Shown here: in pieces, positions 16,999 through 24,313 of the stretch
Numbering within the stretch: the first letter of the stretch is position 1
Layout of the letters: the number at the start of each line of letters is the position of its first letter
The notes under the pieces: model-generated
Databases searched by the model: none
The model's input: the letters and a program-made list of their open reading frames with translations, nothing else
Told to the model about the DNA's origin: nothing
Position numbers and translations under genes: made by a program
IMG/VR virus record: IMGVR_UViG_3300031088_000004
Length of the DNA: 50,043 bases
Reading direction: 5' to 3' (one strand)
Source of the DNA: a virus

Positions 16999-17342
16999 GC
17001 TGTCGCCCTCTTTGGACGGATGCCTTCACCCGCTAAGATGCCGTGGATCATGACGCGTCCGATCTGCGACCAGCGCATCGTTGTCGCCATATCCTGACGC
17101 CCATTCGAATGCATGAAGGGAAACTCGCTGATCGTCGTGAGACCTTTTTGTTCGTGTGCCGTACACACTTCCCAATTACCAAACTGATTTCGACGTTGTA
17201 CCCCGGCTTTAACAAGGATTGTGTTGAGCTTGCGAGCAGAAATCCCGTAGTCCTTTCCGATCTCCGTCGTTGTTTTGCTCCGACGATCTGACATGATGAA
17301 CCCCAAGTATTTATCCTCTGTTGTGACTGACGAATTATTCAT
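16995..17342 (-). CDS. KilA-C (antirepressor C-terminal)-like DNA-binding protein
   Basis: TTEIGKDYGISARKLNTILVKAGVQ...NWEVCTAHEQKGL resembles the KilAC domain. Confidence 0.55.
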   Translation of the reverse strand: MNNSSVTTEDKYLGFIMSDRRSKTTTEIGKDYGISARKLNTILVKAGVQRRNQFGNWEVCTAHEQKGLTTISEFPFMHSNGRQDMATTMRWSQIGRVMIHGILAGEGIRPKRATA

Positions 17343-17575
17343 AGTGAGCGCTCCTTTTCTTTGGTTGGATGTTGAACTTTGCGCGGATCGTGAACGACTG
17401 TTTCAGACATCTTCTGCGCCATATCGACGATGAATCGAAGGCTTGTCAGGTCTGGCACCAGTCCCATGTTCAGATGCGTTTTTGCGTGAAAGATACTCGC
17501 CGCTAAAATGTCTCGATCATGCGGATTGAGTATGTCTTTCATTTTTTCTTCTGTGCTAAGTAAGAATTTTTCCAT
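17339..17575 (-). CDS. Hypothetical protein (78 aa)
   Basis: ATGA-coupled ORF. Confidence 0.6.
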   Translation of the reverse strand: MEKFLLSTEEKMKDILNPHDRDILAASIFHAKTHLNMGLVPDLTSLRFIVDMAQKMSETVVHDPRKVQHPTKEKERSL

Positions 17576-18012
17576 TACACACTCCCAACTGATTCTTCAC
17601 GAATCGGAATCCCACTGAGCTCCAACCATGTGCGGATCGTCTTAGATGACCGACCGTATTTCAGCGTCATGGCGTAGATCGACAACTCATCGACAACGTA
17701 ATCTTTGGATAACTGCTTTACACCCGGATTCGGTAGTCCGTCGCGTCTCTTCCGCGTCGGTACCGTCTCAAGCGCAATATCTGCGCTCGAGTTGGTATCT
17801 GACTGCATTGGGATGACTGGACGTGGTGCTTGATTGGTAATGATTCGTTCAGATCGAGAAATCACGACTTTCGGTTCGAGATATGGTTCATCAAAAACGA
17901 ATTTTCCGTTTCGCAAGAATGCGAGACCGTGACGATCGTAATCGGAATGGAAGTACCGCTTTTCGCGGTCTTCTTGACGTTTTGCAGGAATGATTGGTCG
18001 AATAGTTGCCAT
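17575..18012 (-). CDS. Hypothetical protein with a C-terminal HTH-like segment
   Basis: LSIYAMTLKYGRSSKTIRTWLELSG. Confidence 0.6.
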   Translation of the reverse strand: MATIRPIIPAKRQEDREKRYFHSDYDRHGLAFLRNGKFVFDEPYLEPKVVISRSERIITNQAPRPVIPMQSDTNSSADIALETVPTRKRRDGLPNPGVKQLSKDYVVDELSIYAMTLKYGRSSKTIRTWLELSGIPIREESVGSV

Positions 18013-18233
18013 TAGTGTTTTTTCTCCCTTTGTGCGGTTGGTCGCTTATCGTTTTTAGCGATCATATCGTTATTAAAAAAAGTGTTTAAAGACAATTGTT
18101 CTGATCCGCCATCTTGAATTCGTGAAAGACGGTGCTCACATTTTGGTCCAATACCGCGCTCGATGCTGGCTTTAGATTTGAGCTTGCGTCGGCACACTGG
18201 ACAATATCCGTTCTTGCTTTTTGGAATTTCCAT
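18012..18233 (-). CDS. Small zinc-ribbon protein (CPVC...GIGPKC type)
   Basis: Strong RBS AAGGAGGA. Has the CPVCRRKL...GIGPKCEH motif seen in small phage proteins. Confidence 0.6.
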   Translation of the reverse strand: MEIPKSKNGYCPVCRRKLKSKASIERGIGPKCEHRLSRIQDGGSEQLSLNTFFNNDMIAKNDKRPTAQREKKH

Positions 18234-18399
18234 GCTGATCCTCCTTGTAGCGTTCTAACTTCGCTAGGATCGCGTCGAATGTTTGTTCATCTACAAATTG
18301 AGTAGACCGCGTAGCTTTTTTGATCAGCGCCTGTTTTGATACATGTGAAGGCTGTTTTCTCCGCTCATTGGCGTAAGCTGTGAAGTTGATAATCGTCAT
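18172..18399 (-). CDS. Hypothetical protein (75 aa); overlaps the next gene by 62 nt out of frame
   Basis: ATGA-coupled to the upstream gene. Confidence 0.5.
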   Translation of the reverse strand: MTIINFTAYANERRKQPSHVSKQALIKKATRSTQFVDEQTFDAILAKLERYKEDQHGNSKKQERILSSVPTQAQI

Positions 18400-18692
18400 A
18401 CTGCCTCTGACTCTTCGCGCCCAAGGATGCGATTAAACTCTTCAAGGACTGTTGTACAAATGATCCGTTCCCGGTTCATGTAATGCCCTTCTTTTTCCGT
18501 CCGCTCGATTTGTTGCTGCAAGAATTCAAGGACGCCTTCGATATTTTCCTCCGCGTTTTCACCGTAGCTTCGGTTATGAACTTCAGACATGATGCTGATA
18601 ACGAACCGTCGTGAACCGGAGTCCCTCGTTTCGTTCAATACGTCCTCAATTTTTCGTGTCATTGCCTGATATGCTTGTTTCGCGTTATCCAT
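18396..18692 (-). CDS. Hypothetical protein (98 aa)
   Basis: ORF in the operon series. Confidence 0.6.
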   Translation of the reverse strand: MDNAKQAYQAMTRKIEDVLNETRDSGSRRFVISIMSEVHNRSYGENAEENIEGVLEFLQQQIERTEKEGHYMNRERIICTTVLEEFNRILGREESEAV

Positions 18693-18882
18693 TGTGGCGC
18701 TCCCCTTTCGCTTTAGCTGGCTTTGTTCTGTAATACTCTTGGAAGCTCGAAAGAACCAAGATGAACATTGAAACCGCGAAAATTGTGGCGAGATGATAGA
18801 ACATGATGTTTGCTGGTCCGATCGTCATCAGAAGGATGAACGATATTGATGCAATGATCAGTGTGATTGGCACGTCTCTCAT
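18685..18882 (-). CDS. Two-TM membrane mini-protein (65 aa)
   Basis: ITLIIASISFILLMTIGP...LATIFAVSMFILVLSSF. Confidence 0.55.
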   Translation of the reverse strand: MRDVPITLIIASISFILLMTIGPANIMFYHLATIFAVSMFILVLSSFQEYYRTKPAKAKGERHNG

Positions 18883-19175
18883 ACGGCTTGCACCTCCAAT
18901 TCTTCCAAGTTGCGATATTTCTGTTTCAGGTAAGACCGTTTGAGCTCTTCGACTAACTGGTCAACGTCATATTCTTTTAAGTTTTTTTGAAGCTGTGGCT
19001 TCAGTGATTCAATCACTCGGTTCATTTCCTTTTCCGTTGGCTCATCGACCTTCAGCCAGATCAATTCTTCCGAAATCAAGTGTTCATGCGTTTCGATTTC
19101 GAAGAGGATCCGCGTAAGTTGCTTTGGACCCTTCCCCTCAAAGCGAAGCAATGAAATTTTTCTGTTTACGATCAT
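18879..19175 (-). CDS. Hypothetical protein (98 aa)
   Basis: ATG after GGAGGTATTCAC. Confidence 0.6.
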   Translation of the reverse strand: MIVNRKISLLRFEGKGPKQLTRILFEIETHEHLISEELIWLKVDEPTEKEMNRVIESLKPQLQKNLKEYDVDQLVEELKRSYLKQKYRNLEELEVQAV

Positions 19176-19220
19176 GTGAATACCTCCATGCGATGTGATG
19201 TGTATCGGTTGATAAGTCTA

Positions 19221-19244
19221 TTTTGTCTCCATATGGAGACAAAA
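19221..19244. repeat. 24-bp perfect palindrome TTTTGTCTCCATATGGAGACAAAA
   Basis: I verified the reverse-complement identity by hand. It is intergenic. Confidence 0.9.
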
Positions 19245-19264
19245 TCAACGTCTTTTCTTTTAAA

Positions 19265-19450
19265 TCAGGTCAATACATGCAACTTCCCTTTTCCTCTGCA
19301 TGCATCACACTTCATTTCTTCGGTAGATTTCATCGTTCTACCGAGCGAAGCACAGGCGAATCGGGTGACATTTACTTTCCCGGAACCATCGCAGAAGTGA
19401 CAAGTCTTGCTTTCATTACGGTCAATTCGTATCTCGAGCGGTCTGATCAT
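19265..19450 (-). CDS. DnaJ-type zinc-finger mini-protein (2 x CxxCxGxG)
   Basis: CHFCDGSGK and CDACRGKGK. Confidence 0.65.
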   Translation of the reverse strand: MIRPLEIRIDRNESKTCHFCDGSGKVNVTRFACASLGRTMKSTEEMKCDACRGKGKLHVLT

Positions 19451-19632
19451 TTCTTTTCACCCGTTACTGGTCGAATCCAACGTAAATGATGACTCGATAA
19501 GACTTCTTTTCCTTTTTCGTCCGGCTGTTTGTTCTTGATCGTGACCGACCAGCGATAAGCACCAATGATTTCGCCTTTGACGTCCATTCCTTTGCCGTAG
19601 GTGGTCTCGACTTGCATTCCAGGTGTCAGCAT
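19447..19632 (-). CDS. Hypothetical protein (61 aa)
   Basis: The internal ATG at 19632 follows GGGGGTGAT. The track start at 19725 would overlap recU by 100 nt. Confidence 0.5.
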   Translation of the reverse strand: MLTPGMQVETTYGKGMDVKGEIIGAYRWSVTIKNKQPDEKGKEVLSSHHLRWIRPVTGEKK

Positions 19633-20219
19633 GAGGAAATCACCCCCAAACGCTCTAATGCCCCTAAATAGTCGTATGTGACGCCTCCACCGAATCCCGC
19701 TCGCTCTGTCCGGGACCGGAACCATTCATAAGGGATTGTACGCGCAGGACGCGCCTTGTGTGCCTCTTCTTGCGTAAAAGCGTCCATAGACTCCATCGTC
19801 AGCACATACGTCTCTCCGAGGCGCTGGAAGTGAACGAGGACGAATGCGACGCCTCCAAGTGAGCGGACACGTTCCAATTGCTCCAGCTGGTGCTTCTCAA
19901 TGTTCGACAGTGGGAATCCCTTCTCATAGTTCTCACAAGTCTTCGTTTCGAACTCGAGATGTCTTCCACCGTTCAGCATTCCGACGAAATCCGGTGGCGC
20001 TTTGTCGACATGAAAGGCGGATTTGATTTTTTTATTGTCTTCTTTGTCGCGGATCATCTTTACTTCCGCGTGTGTTTTCACGATCCGCGCCTTTCCGTCC
20101 ATCAAGTACCGATCGTTCGATTTCTTTATCGCATCTTCGAAGGCTTCTCCAACCCGTCGATTGATTAAACTTTTGCTAGGACGTTTTGTCATCGTTTTTT
20201 TAGTTTGCTTCAGCGTCAT
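19626..20219 (-). CDS. recU: Holliday-junction resolvase RecU
   Basis: PDFVGML.GGRHLEFETKT...FPLSNIEKHQLEQL...GGVAFVLVHF matches the RecU catalytic core pattern. Confidence 0.8.
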   Translation of the reverse strand: MTLKQTKKTMTKRPSKSLINRRVGEAFEDAIKKSNDRYLMDGKARIVKTHAEVKMIRDKEDNKKIKSAFHVDKAPPDFVGMLNGGRHLEFETKTCENYEKGFPLSNIEKHQLEQLERVRSLGGVAFVLVHFQRLGETYVLTMESMDAFTQEEAHKARPARTIPYEWFRSRTERAGFGGGVTYDYLGALERLGVISSC

Positions 20220-20391
20220 GATAGTTCCCCCCGAGTTTTAGAAAGCATTTTTGACAATAATGGTCATACGCCGGGCGTTCGAATAACGAACGCTGGCGTA
20301 TTGTTGATGCTCCCTTGCATTTACAACATGGCTTTTTATAAACGCGTGGCTTTTTAGTGCGTTTAGTTGGCGACGGCTTTGGTGTATGCAT
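20200..20391 (-). CDS. Basic zinc-ribbon mini-protein
   Basis: CCKC...CQKC. The ATG at 20391 follows AAGGGG; the track start is 20433. Confidence 0.45.
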   Translation of the reverse strand: MHTPKPSPTKRTKKPRVYKKPCCKCKGASTIRQRSLFERPAYDHYCQKCFLKLGGNYHDAEAN

Positions 20392-20869
20392 GGTCAGCTC
20401 GCCCCTTACCAGTGATTTGTCGATCAAGGTCATTCAAGGTGAACCCGAGAGATTCAAGAATCGCTATCATGCTGCCAAGGGCAACGTTTGGACTTTCTTC
20501 TCGTTGCATGTCGTAGAGGATTCGCTCGAGCGGTTTGACGTTCTTCCGGAGTTTTGTGATTTCCTTGCCATATCCTCGTCGGATAAGCAGGATCGAATCG
20601 TCATATGTCAGTCTTGATTGATTTCTCACTTCGCAAATACTCAGGGTAAGCTCCGCCGCTGCATGCAAGATACTTTCTTTCTGTAGACCGTTCGCCGGCT
20701 CTAAATACCAAACCCATGCATCCTCGAGAGATTGCGCGAAAGCGGCTGTCTTAATACTGACCATGAGCTTCTTCGTGTAAATCGGAACAAGTGTCTTCTT
20801 TTGTCCGCGCATTTTAGAGCGGTCCGCCTGTTCTTTGCACCATGATTTCAACACATCCGTTGTCAGCAT
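20363..20869 (-). CDS. Hypothetical protein (168 aa)
   Basis: ORF in the operon series. Confidence 0.6.
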   Translation of the reverse strand: MLTTDVLKSWCKEQADRSKMRGQKKTLVPIYTKKLMVSIKTAAFAQSLEDAWVWYLEPANGLQKESILHAAAELTLSICEVRNQSRLTYDDSILLIRRGYGKEITKLRKNVKPLERILYDMQREESPNVALGSMIAILESLGFTLNDLDRQITGKGRADHAYTKAVAN

Positions 20870-21159
20870 ATGATCGTCCCCTTTTCATCCGTCCAAGTTT
20901 CTTTTACTAGTCGTTGAATAGCTTTTGCTTGAGAAAGTCCGCTTGCTACCAGTTCAGGTTTTCGATCTCCTGGCTGCATGCAATAATGGTCGATCCGATC
21001 GGTTACGAGGAAGAACTCCTGGACACTCGACTTCGTGTCCTTCTTCAAGATTTCAGGTATGGCGGTTCGCGTATAGTTTCTAGCAATCTTATCGAGTAAA
21101 ATCCAGCACGCCTGCACTTGCTCGGCGTACTCGATTCGTTTATTTTGAGTGTTAATCAA
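20863..21159 (-). CDS. Hypothetical protein (98 aa), TTG start
   Basis: GGAAGGA lies 9 nt upstream of the TTG. Confidence 0.55.
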   Translation of the reverse strand: MINTQNKRIEYAEQVQACWILLDKIARNYTRTAIPEILKKDTKSSVQEFFLVTDRIDHYCMQPGDRKPELVASGLSQAKAIQRLVKETWTDEKGTIIC

Positions 21160-21177
21160 TGTTCAACGTCCTTCCGG

Positions 21178-21197
21178 ATATGCTACAATTAGCATAT
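21178..21197. promoter_or_regulatory. 20-bp palindrome ATATGCTA-CAAT-TAGCATAT (operator-like)
   Basis: Perfect 8-bp arms, sited between a terminator and the next gene start. Confidence 0.5.
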
Positions 21198-21215
21198 AAA
21201 TTTCAGTTGTGTTTG

Positions 21216-21243
21216 TTTAAAAAACTCGTGGTGGCGACCACGA
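21216..21243 (-). terminator. Rho-independent terminator after the replication genes
   Basis: Minus strand TCGTGGT-CGCC-ACCACGA followed by GTTTTTTAA. Confidence 0.65.
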
Positions 21244-21277
21244 TCGAATGAATGTTCACTTGCTTTGGATCCGTTCC

Positions 21278-22360
21278 TCAGTAGTGAGCATTTTTTTCTT
21301 TGTCTGACGCTTTTGATCCTCCAAGCTCGGCTAACATTTTAGCGAGTTCGTCTTCGTCTGGAATATCAGATTCAAACTCCGCTTTCTTGCCTTCTTCATA
21401 CGAGCGTTGCTTTTCTTTTTCTCCGTCAAGCCATGCTGGCGCCTTCATTCCGTTTCCAGAACCTCGCTTGTTGCCATATCCAGTCCGCGCTGGCTGATCC
21501 ATTTGAATCTTCAGTTGGGAGAATTTCTCTCTGAGCTTCTTCGTCGAGAGGATATTTGATTTCCAGAAGTCCTCGTTGGTTGTCCATTCCATAACAGATT
21601 TGATTTCTTCAGGAGTTCGTTTGTCTTGTTCGATGAGAAGTCGAATATGATCACACCAAACTTGAATGTTAGGCTTTTTGAACTTTGGATCGTTTTTCGT
21701 AATTAGTCCAACAAAGAAGTTTACTAATTTCATTTCAACATCAGAGTCGTCGAAAACGCGCTTGCCGCGTTGGCGACTTTTCTTTTTATCTTTACTATCA
21801 GTTGTAGTCTCAGTAGAAGTCTCAGGTAATGCTTGGTTCACTTTGGACCGCTCGACGGACCATTTTGAACTCTTGGTAAGGTCAAAATGACCCCATGGAA
21901 AGCTCACTCGTTTTTCGTTGGTATCACCCATTAGTTCATTTTGACCCAATGGAGGAACAATTTCTGAACCCTTGTTTTTTCCCATTAGTTCATTTTGACC
22001 CAATGGTTGGTTCACTGTTGGTTCATCCTCTTTTTCAAGCGAAAGCAATTTATCGTAATCAATCGTATACCAAAGCGTTTTATCAATTTTCAAAGTGTTG
22101 TACTTATCCGTTGCGATGAGTAGCTCTTGATCTCGTAAACTTTTCAATGTCCGCTTGAGCGTACTGAGTGACCAGAAAGGAAATTGCTGATTCCATTTAT
22201 CAAGAGTATTGTATGTCCACGTTTGACCGTCCCGAACCTTGTCGCTTCGATCCAACCAATAGTGAACTTGCTGAAGCACGATAGCTTCGTTCAAGCCGAT
22301 AGCGCACGCTAATTTTGGTAAAACCATCAAAGGTTGTTCGTTGATTAGTAATTTACTCAT
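21278..22360 (-). CDS. Replication protein (replisome-organizer / DnaD-like)
   Basis: N-terminus is winged-helix-like (AIVLQQVHYWL...W.YNT...FPFWS..TLKRTL). The C-terminus has FWKSNILSTKKLREKFSQL, as in DnaD/phage replication C-terminal domains. Confidence 0.7.
   Translation of the reverse strand: MSKLLINEQPLMVLPKLACAIGLNEAIVLQQVHYWLDRSDKVRDGQTWTYNTLDKWNQQFPFWSLSTLKRTLKSLRDQELLIATDKYNTLKIDKTLWYTIDYDKLLSLEKEDEPTVNQPLGQNELMGKNKGSEIVPPLGQNELMGDTNEKRVSFPWGHFDLTKSSKWSVERSKVNQALPETSTETTTDSKDKKKSRQRGKRVFDDSDVEMKLVNFFVGLITKNDPKFKKPNIQVWCDHIRLLIEQDKRTPEEIKSVMEWTTNEDFWKSNILSTKKLREKFSQLKIQMDQPARTGYGNKRGSGNGMKAPAWLDGEKEKQRSYEEGKKAEFESDIPDEDELAKMLAELGGSKASDKEKNAHY
21927..22006. repeat. Two exact 26-bp direct repeats (period 54 bp) inside the replication gene
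   Basis: cccattagttcattttgacccaatgg occurs at 21927-21952 and 21981-22006; it encodes PLGQNELMG twice. Confidence 0.9.
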
Positions 22361-22403
22361 ATGTGTGTCCCTCGATTTCCCTCTTACTAGGTTTTCAGAC
22401 CTG

Positions 22404-22437
22404 TAACTTGTAAGTCATACCCCTATAACTTGTAAGT
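22404..22437. repeat. Two 12-bp direct repeats TAACTTGTAAGT (period 22 bp), intergenic
   Basis: 22404-22415 and 22426-22437. Confidence 0.85.
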
Positions 22438-22457
22438 AACAGGGGATGAAGCATGTG

Positions 22458-23414
22458 TCATTTCTCCAACTCTTCTTCAAAAACCATGTAATGAATCGGA
22501 GCCTCCATTCTCTCCATGACTCCGCGTACTTTCTCTACTCCATAAATTAGAATTGAATCTTTCACTTGATCCAAAATGTAGTCAGAAGCCGTTCCTCTTT
22601 TTGCTCTCCAAAGCTCCAAGAGTTCAAGCACTTCGTCGGTCATCTCAAGTGTTTCATTTTCAATTGTTTGGAGTCTTTTTGTGTTGTGTGATTTTCTTCC
22701 TGGCTTCTTTTTTTCTTCCTCACGATTCGTACCACGATTCGTAGGACGATTCGTTAATGCGTCGGATGAATGTTCCATAGAAGCACTTTCTTCACGATTC
22801 GTATGACGATTCGTACCACGATTCGTTAAATCGCTTTGTATCAACGTTTCTGCATCTTCTTGAAGATTAGATACAGGTTCATCTTCCACTTCTTCACGAT
22901 TCGTACCACGATTCGTAGGACGATTCGTTAATTCTGTGGAGGCGGCGACTTCTTCACGATTCGTACCACGATTCGTAGGACGATTCGTTAATTCGTTTTC
23001 GATAGCGTTTAAGACCATCGTTCGAACCTTTTCAGAAGGAATTTTCCGAGCGACAATTTCCGCGAAATCCAAGCGAATTACTTCTCGTAATTCCTTCTTA
23101 ATCAAGTCCTCGACAGGCTTTCCGCCTTTTTTAAAGTTGAACTTTCCCCAGTTCAGAATGCATATTTCTCGAGAGGAAGCATCGTACTGGATCAACTTAT
23201 ATTCGCTTTCGAATCGCTTCATGAGCGTTTCGATGACTTCCGGAGCGAGTCCGGATTCGTACGACATTTGACGCGGTGACACTTTGTAGACACCAACTTG
23301 TTTCGTGTTAGCGTTCGTCAGCAGATACAAGAAGAACAGTTTATCTTCCGTACCGAACTCAGCGACTTTCTCATCGTTCCAAAACGCTGATTGGATATTA
23401 CGCGATACATTCAT
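22458..23414 (-). CDS. Replication initiator / replisome-organizer-like protein carrying (x-T-N-R) repeats
   Basis: The N-terminus AFWNDEKV...KLFFLYLLTNANTKQVGVY resembles phage replication-organizer N-terminal domains. RBS AGGAGGA. The gene contains the iteron array. Confidence 0.65.
   Translation of the reverse strand: MNVSRNIQSAFWNDEKVAEFGTEDKLFFLYLLTNANTKQVGVYKVSPRQMSYESGLAPEVIETLMKRFESEYKLIQYDASSREICILNWGKFNFKKGGKPVEDLIKKELREVIRLDFAEIVARKIPSEKVRTMVLNAIENELTNRPTNRGTNREEVAASTELTNRPTNRGTNREEVEDEPVSNLQEDAETLIQSDLTNRGTNRHTNREESASMEHSSDALTNRPTNRGTNREEEKKKPGRKSHNTKRLQTIENETLEMTDEVLELLELWRAKRGTASDYILDQVKDSILIYGVEKVRGVMERMEAPIHYMVFEEELEK
22722..22988. repeat. Iteron-like array: 12 identical ACGATTCGT 9-mers in four triplets at 12-bp phase
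   Basis: 9-mer starts: 22722/34/46, 22794/806/818, 22896/908/920 and 22956/968/980. A 47-bp perfect direct repeat links 22888-22934 and 22948-22994. Confidence 0.9.
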
Positions 23415-23461
23415 TCGATTGATCCTCCTGTGATATAAAGATGAATTTCAGAAACACGAAA

Positions 23462-23650
23462 TTAAGACTTGGTGAGCTCTTTAATGGCTTTCTCAAACTT
23501 GTCTTTTGTTTCGTCTGATTCATCATTTAACCAGCGATAGATCGTCATCTCAGATACATCGAAGTATTCCGCAAGATGATAGGTGTAAAGTCCAGCGGCT
23601 TTGATCTTAATCCGTAGATCAAAGTTTCGAACTCGTTTCACTTCAGGCAT
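23462..23650 (-). CDS. Small HTH regulator (Cro/excisionase-like, 62 aa)
   Basis: LAEYFDVSEMTIYRWL. RBS TTAGGAGGG. Confidence 0.7.
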   Translation of the reverse strand: MPEVKRVRNFDLRIKIKAAGLYTYHLAEYFDVSEMTIYRWLNDESDETKDKFEKAIKELTKS

Positions 23651-23682
23651 TTCTGACCCTCCTAAGATGTATTTAAGGAAAA

Positions 23683-23742
23683 ATGTTAGTCAACTAACAT
23701 CCCTTATGTTGTTAGTCTAACAACAATAACGAAATAAAGCAA
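23683..23742 (-). promoter_or_regulatory. Promoter TTGCTT-17-TAGACT with two perfect palindromic operators
   Basis: -35 at 23737-42 and -10 at 23714-19. O2 TGTTGTTAG-T-CTAACAACA (23707-25) covers the -10. O1 ATGTTAGT-CA-ACTAACAT (23683-700) lies in the leader. Confidence 0.55.
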
Positions 23743-23781
23743 TCGTCCTCTATACATTTTTTTGAAGAGAGAACAGAAATC

Positions 23782-23824
23782 AGACGTAGCATACGAAAAA
23801 GGTCTATTTCCGCGTGCTACGTCT
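23782..23824 (-). other. Stem-loop with a perfect 10-bp stem and 23-nt loop downstream of ssb
   Basis: AGACGTAGCA ... TGCTACGTCT. Confidence 0.45.
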
Positions 23825-23884
23825 TTGATGTAGGTTCTAGCACACCTAGTATGAAACGCGCTCTGATTGAGCTGTAGCGTTTAT

Positions 23885-24313
23885 TTAGAACGGTAAATCA
23901 TCGTCATTCAGATCGAGTGAGCTTCCGGATGTAAAGGGATCGTGATTTCCGTACGATCCAGGTGCTTGAGATGGTGAAGTGGATCCACTAGCTCCCTTGC
24001 TCTCGAGGAATCGGACGGAATCTGCTACGACCTCCGCACGATACCGCGTCTGCTGTTCTTTGTCCTTGTAGCTGCTGATTTGAAGGCGTCCTTCAACGCC
24101 AGCAAGTTTCCCCTTGGATAGATACTTAGCGACGTTATCGGCTTGTTTACGCCATACTACGCAGTCGATGAAGTCCGCTTCACGGTTTCCGTCTTGCCCA
24201 GTAAAAGGACGATCACAAGCAAGGGTGAAACGAGCGACAGAGACACCCGTTTGTGTAGATCGAAGCTCAGGGTCCCGCGTCAATCGACCGACAAGAACGA
24301 TTCGGTTAATCAT
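23885..24313 (-). CDS. ssb: Single-stranded DNA-binding protein
   Basis: MINRIVLVGRLTRDPELR... OB fold and an acidic C-terminal tip DDDLPF. Confidence 0.95.
   Translation of the reverse strand: MINRIVLVGRLTRDPELRSTQTGVSVARFTLACDRPFTGQDGNREADFIDCVVWRKQADNVAKYLSKGKLAGVEGRLQISSYKDKEQQTRYRAEVVADSVRFLESKGASGSTSPSQAPGSYGNHDPFTSGSSLDLNDDDLPF

Noticed and set aside
19221-19244. 24-bp palindrome as a rho-independent terminator
   Set aside because: The T-run precedes the stem and the A-run follows it on both strands, so no 3' U-tract follows the hairpin.
22722-22988. Could the regularly spaced repeats be a CRISPR array?
   Set aside because: The repeat is only 9 bp at 12-bp phase, the spacers are 3 bp, and the array lies in frame inside a 318-aa ORF. 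There are no cas genes and no leader.
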